11,167 nucleotides of DNA, taken from NCBI GenBank assembly GCA_964244895.1, contig CAXTKV010000099.1, positions 7,366-18,532 of the forward strand, given 5' to 3'. Source of the stretch: an uncultured Deinococcales bacterium. GTDB taxonomy: Bacteria > Deinococcota > Deinococci > Deinococcales > JAAFIG01. Shown here in pieces: positions 6,609 through 11,167 of this stretch. The notes under the pieces were generated by a model. That model made no database searches and was not told the origin of the DNA. It was given only the letters and a program-made list of their open reading frames with translations. The position numbers and the translations under genes were made by a program. The number at the start of each line of letters is the position of its first letter. Positions within the stretch are counted from its first letter, which is position 1.

Positions 6609-7070
6609 TCAATCCTCGAGCGGGTCGGGTTCGTTCCAGGCGGCGATGGCGGTCGGTAAGGTCAGGGCCACCAGCCAGATGCCCCAGAAGACGGCTTGAA
6701 GTTCCAGGCTGGATTTTGGGAGCCACCACGTGCCGGAATCGGCGGCGATGTACGCGTAAAGCGCCGTCAGCATCACGAGCGTCCCCAGGACGCGGTAGGC
6801 GTTCAGGTACGTCTGATTGCGGAGTTTGAGTTGGCGTTCGTCGAGCATCTCGTCCGAGCCGTCCGACACGCCGAGCACTTGCGGCATCATCAGCGATCCC
6901 ATCGCCAGGATGCAGGCCAGTCCGAGCGGGATCACCAACACCCAGCGCAACGGTGGCTCGAGCAGCGCCCACGATGCGACCATGCCCGCGTAACCCAGGT
7001 AGCAGATCAGGACGATGGCTCGACGGATTGATTGTTTGAGGAGCTTCGGGCTTGGCGTGGTTTCGGTCAT
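6609..7070 (-). CDS. Four-TM membrane protein with DER motif (DUF2178-like), co-transcribed with the XRE regulator
   Basis: 153 aa with four hydrophobic segments and LDERQLKLRNQTYLNAY between TM2 and TM3. ATGA overlap with the XRE stop. Confidence 0.8.
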   Translation of the reverse strand: MTETTPSPKLLKQSIRRAIVLICYLGYAGMVASWALLEPPLRWVLVIPLGLACILAMGSLMMPQVLGVSDGSDEMLDERQLKLRNQTYLNAYRVLGTLVMLTALYAYIAADSGTWWLPKSSLELQAVFWGIWLVALTLPTAIAAWNEPDPLED

Positions 7071-7348
7071 GAGGATACCTCCGGATTCTTGCGGGCGTAG
7101 ACCGCTTCGGACATGGGTTTGAACGGTGTTCTCGAGAAGATCGCTTCGAGCGGCAGTCCGAAGAATTCGCTGAGTTTGAAGGCGAGTTCCAGGCTCGGGT
7201 TGTAATCGCCGCGTTCGAGGTAGCCGATGGTCTGGACGTTGACGCCGACGGCTTCCGCCAGATCCTGCCGCGAGAGTTTCCGTTCGGCCCGCAGGACGCT
7301 CAGGCGGTTGTGGATCGGCGCTTCTGTTGTGGGATTATTTCGTCTCAT
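7067..7348 (-). CDS. XRE/Cro-family HTH transcriptional regulator
   Basis: NRLSVLRAERKLSRQDLAEAVGVNVQTIGYLERGDYNPSLELAFKLSEFFGLPLEAIF. ATG 7348 chosen because the longer start runs through the operator palindrome. Confidence 0.92.
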   Translation of the reverse strand: MRRNNPTTEAPIHNRLSVLRAERKLSRQDLAEAVGVNVQTIGYLERGDYNPSLELAFKLSEFFGLPLEAIFSRTPFKPMSEAVYARKNPEVSS

Positions 7349-7360
7349 CGTTTTTCTTAA

Positions 7361-7390
7361 ATATATTGTTGTATTTCTACAACAATATAT
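7361..7390. promoter_or_regulatory. AT-rich perfect palindrome, probable XRE autoregulatory operator
   Basis: ATATATTGTTGTA-TTTC-TACAACAATATAT has perfect 13-bp arms and lies 12 nt upstream of the XRE ATG. Confidence 0.75.
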
Positions 7391-7420
7391 CCGTGACATA
7401 AAACACGATTTCCTTTGAGC

Positions 7421-7486
7421 CTCGAGAACACCGTCCAGAACAGTGTTCTCAAGAGGCCAAAATTCGCCTGCTGGACGGTGTTCTTG
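7421..7486. repeat. Palindromic element copy 5
   Basis: CT then CGAGAACACCGTCCAG (7423-7438) and CTGGACGGTGTTCTTG (7471-7486): 16-bp inverted repeat with 1 mismatch, 6 nt after the metH stop. Confidence 0.9.
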
Positions 7487-7492
7487 TAAAAC

Positions 7493-11167
<3,675 letters not shown>

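Noticed and set aside
7123..7136. Solo arm match ACGGTGTTCTCGAG inside the XRE gene
   Set aside because: It is a 14-bp match with no partner arm, encodes an ordinary-looking FSRTPF segment with no apparent insertion, and 6 of the 14 bases are the ubiquitous CTCGAG.

Overview
High-GC bacterial chromosomal window, probably Deinococcota (inferred from leaderless TAnnnT promoters and gene content). On the + strand (17-3482) lie a membrane protein with a vWA domain and two FHA domains, then a run of immunity-like genes: SMI1/KNR4, a 3'-truncated DUF4240 gene joined out of frame to the 3' half of a YceH/DUF480 gene, and a low-GC second SMI1/KNR4. Next come a secreted GH13 alpha-amylase (-) divergent from a CxxCxxCC/YkgJ gene (+), a PPOX-like general stress protein (-), a candidate 41-aa ORF (-), an XRE regulator plus membrane protein pair (-), and cobalamin-dependent methionine synthase metH (-, 5' end outside the window). 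The most striking non-coding signal is a 48-66 bp palindromic element (arm CTCGAGAACACCGTCCAGCACG) present six times: five copies directly after stop codons and one translated in frame inside metH. CTCGAG itself occurs about 50 times in the window. All family assignments come from motif recognition, not database searches.
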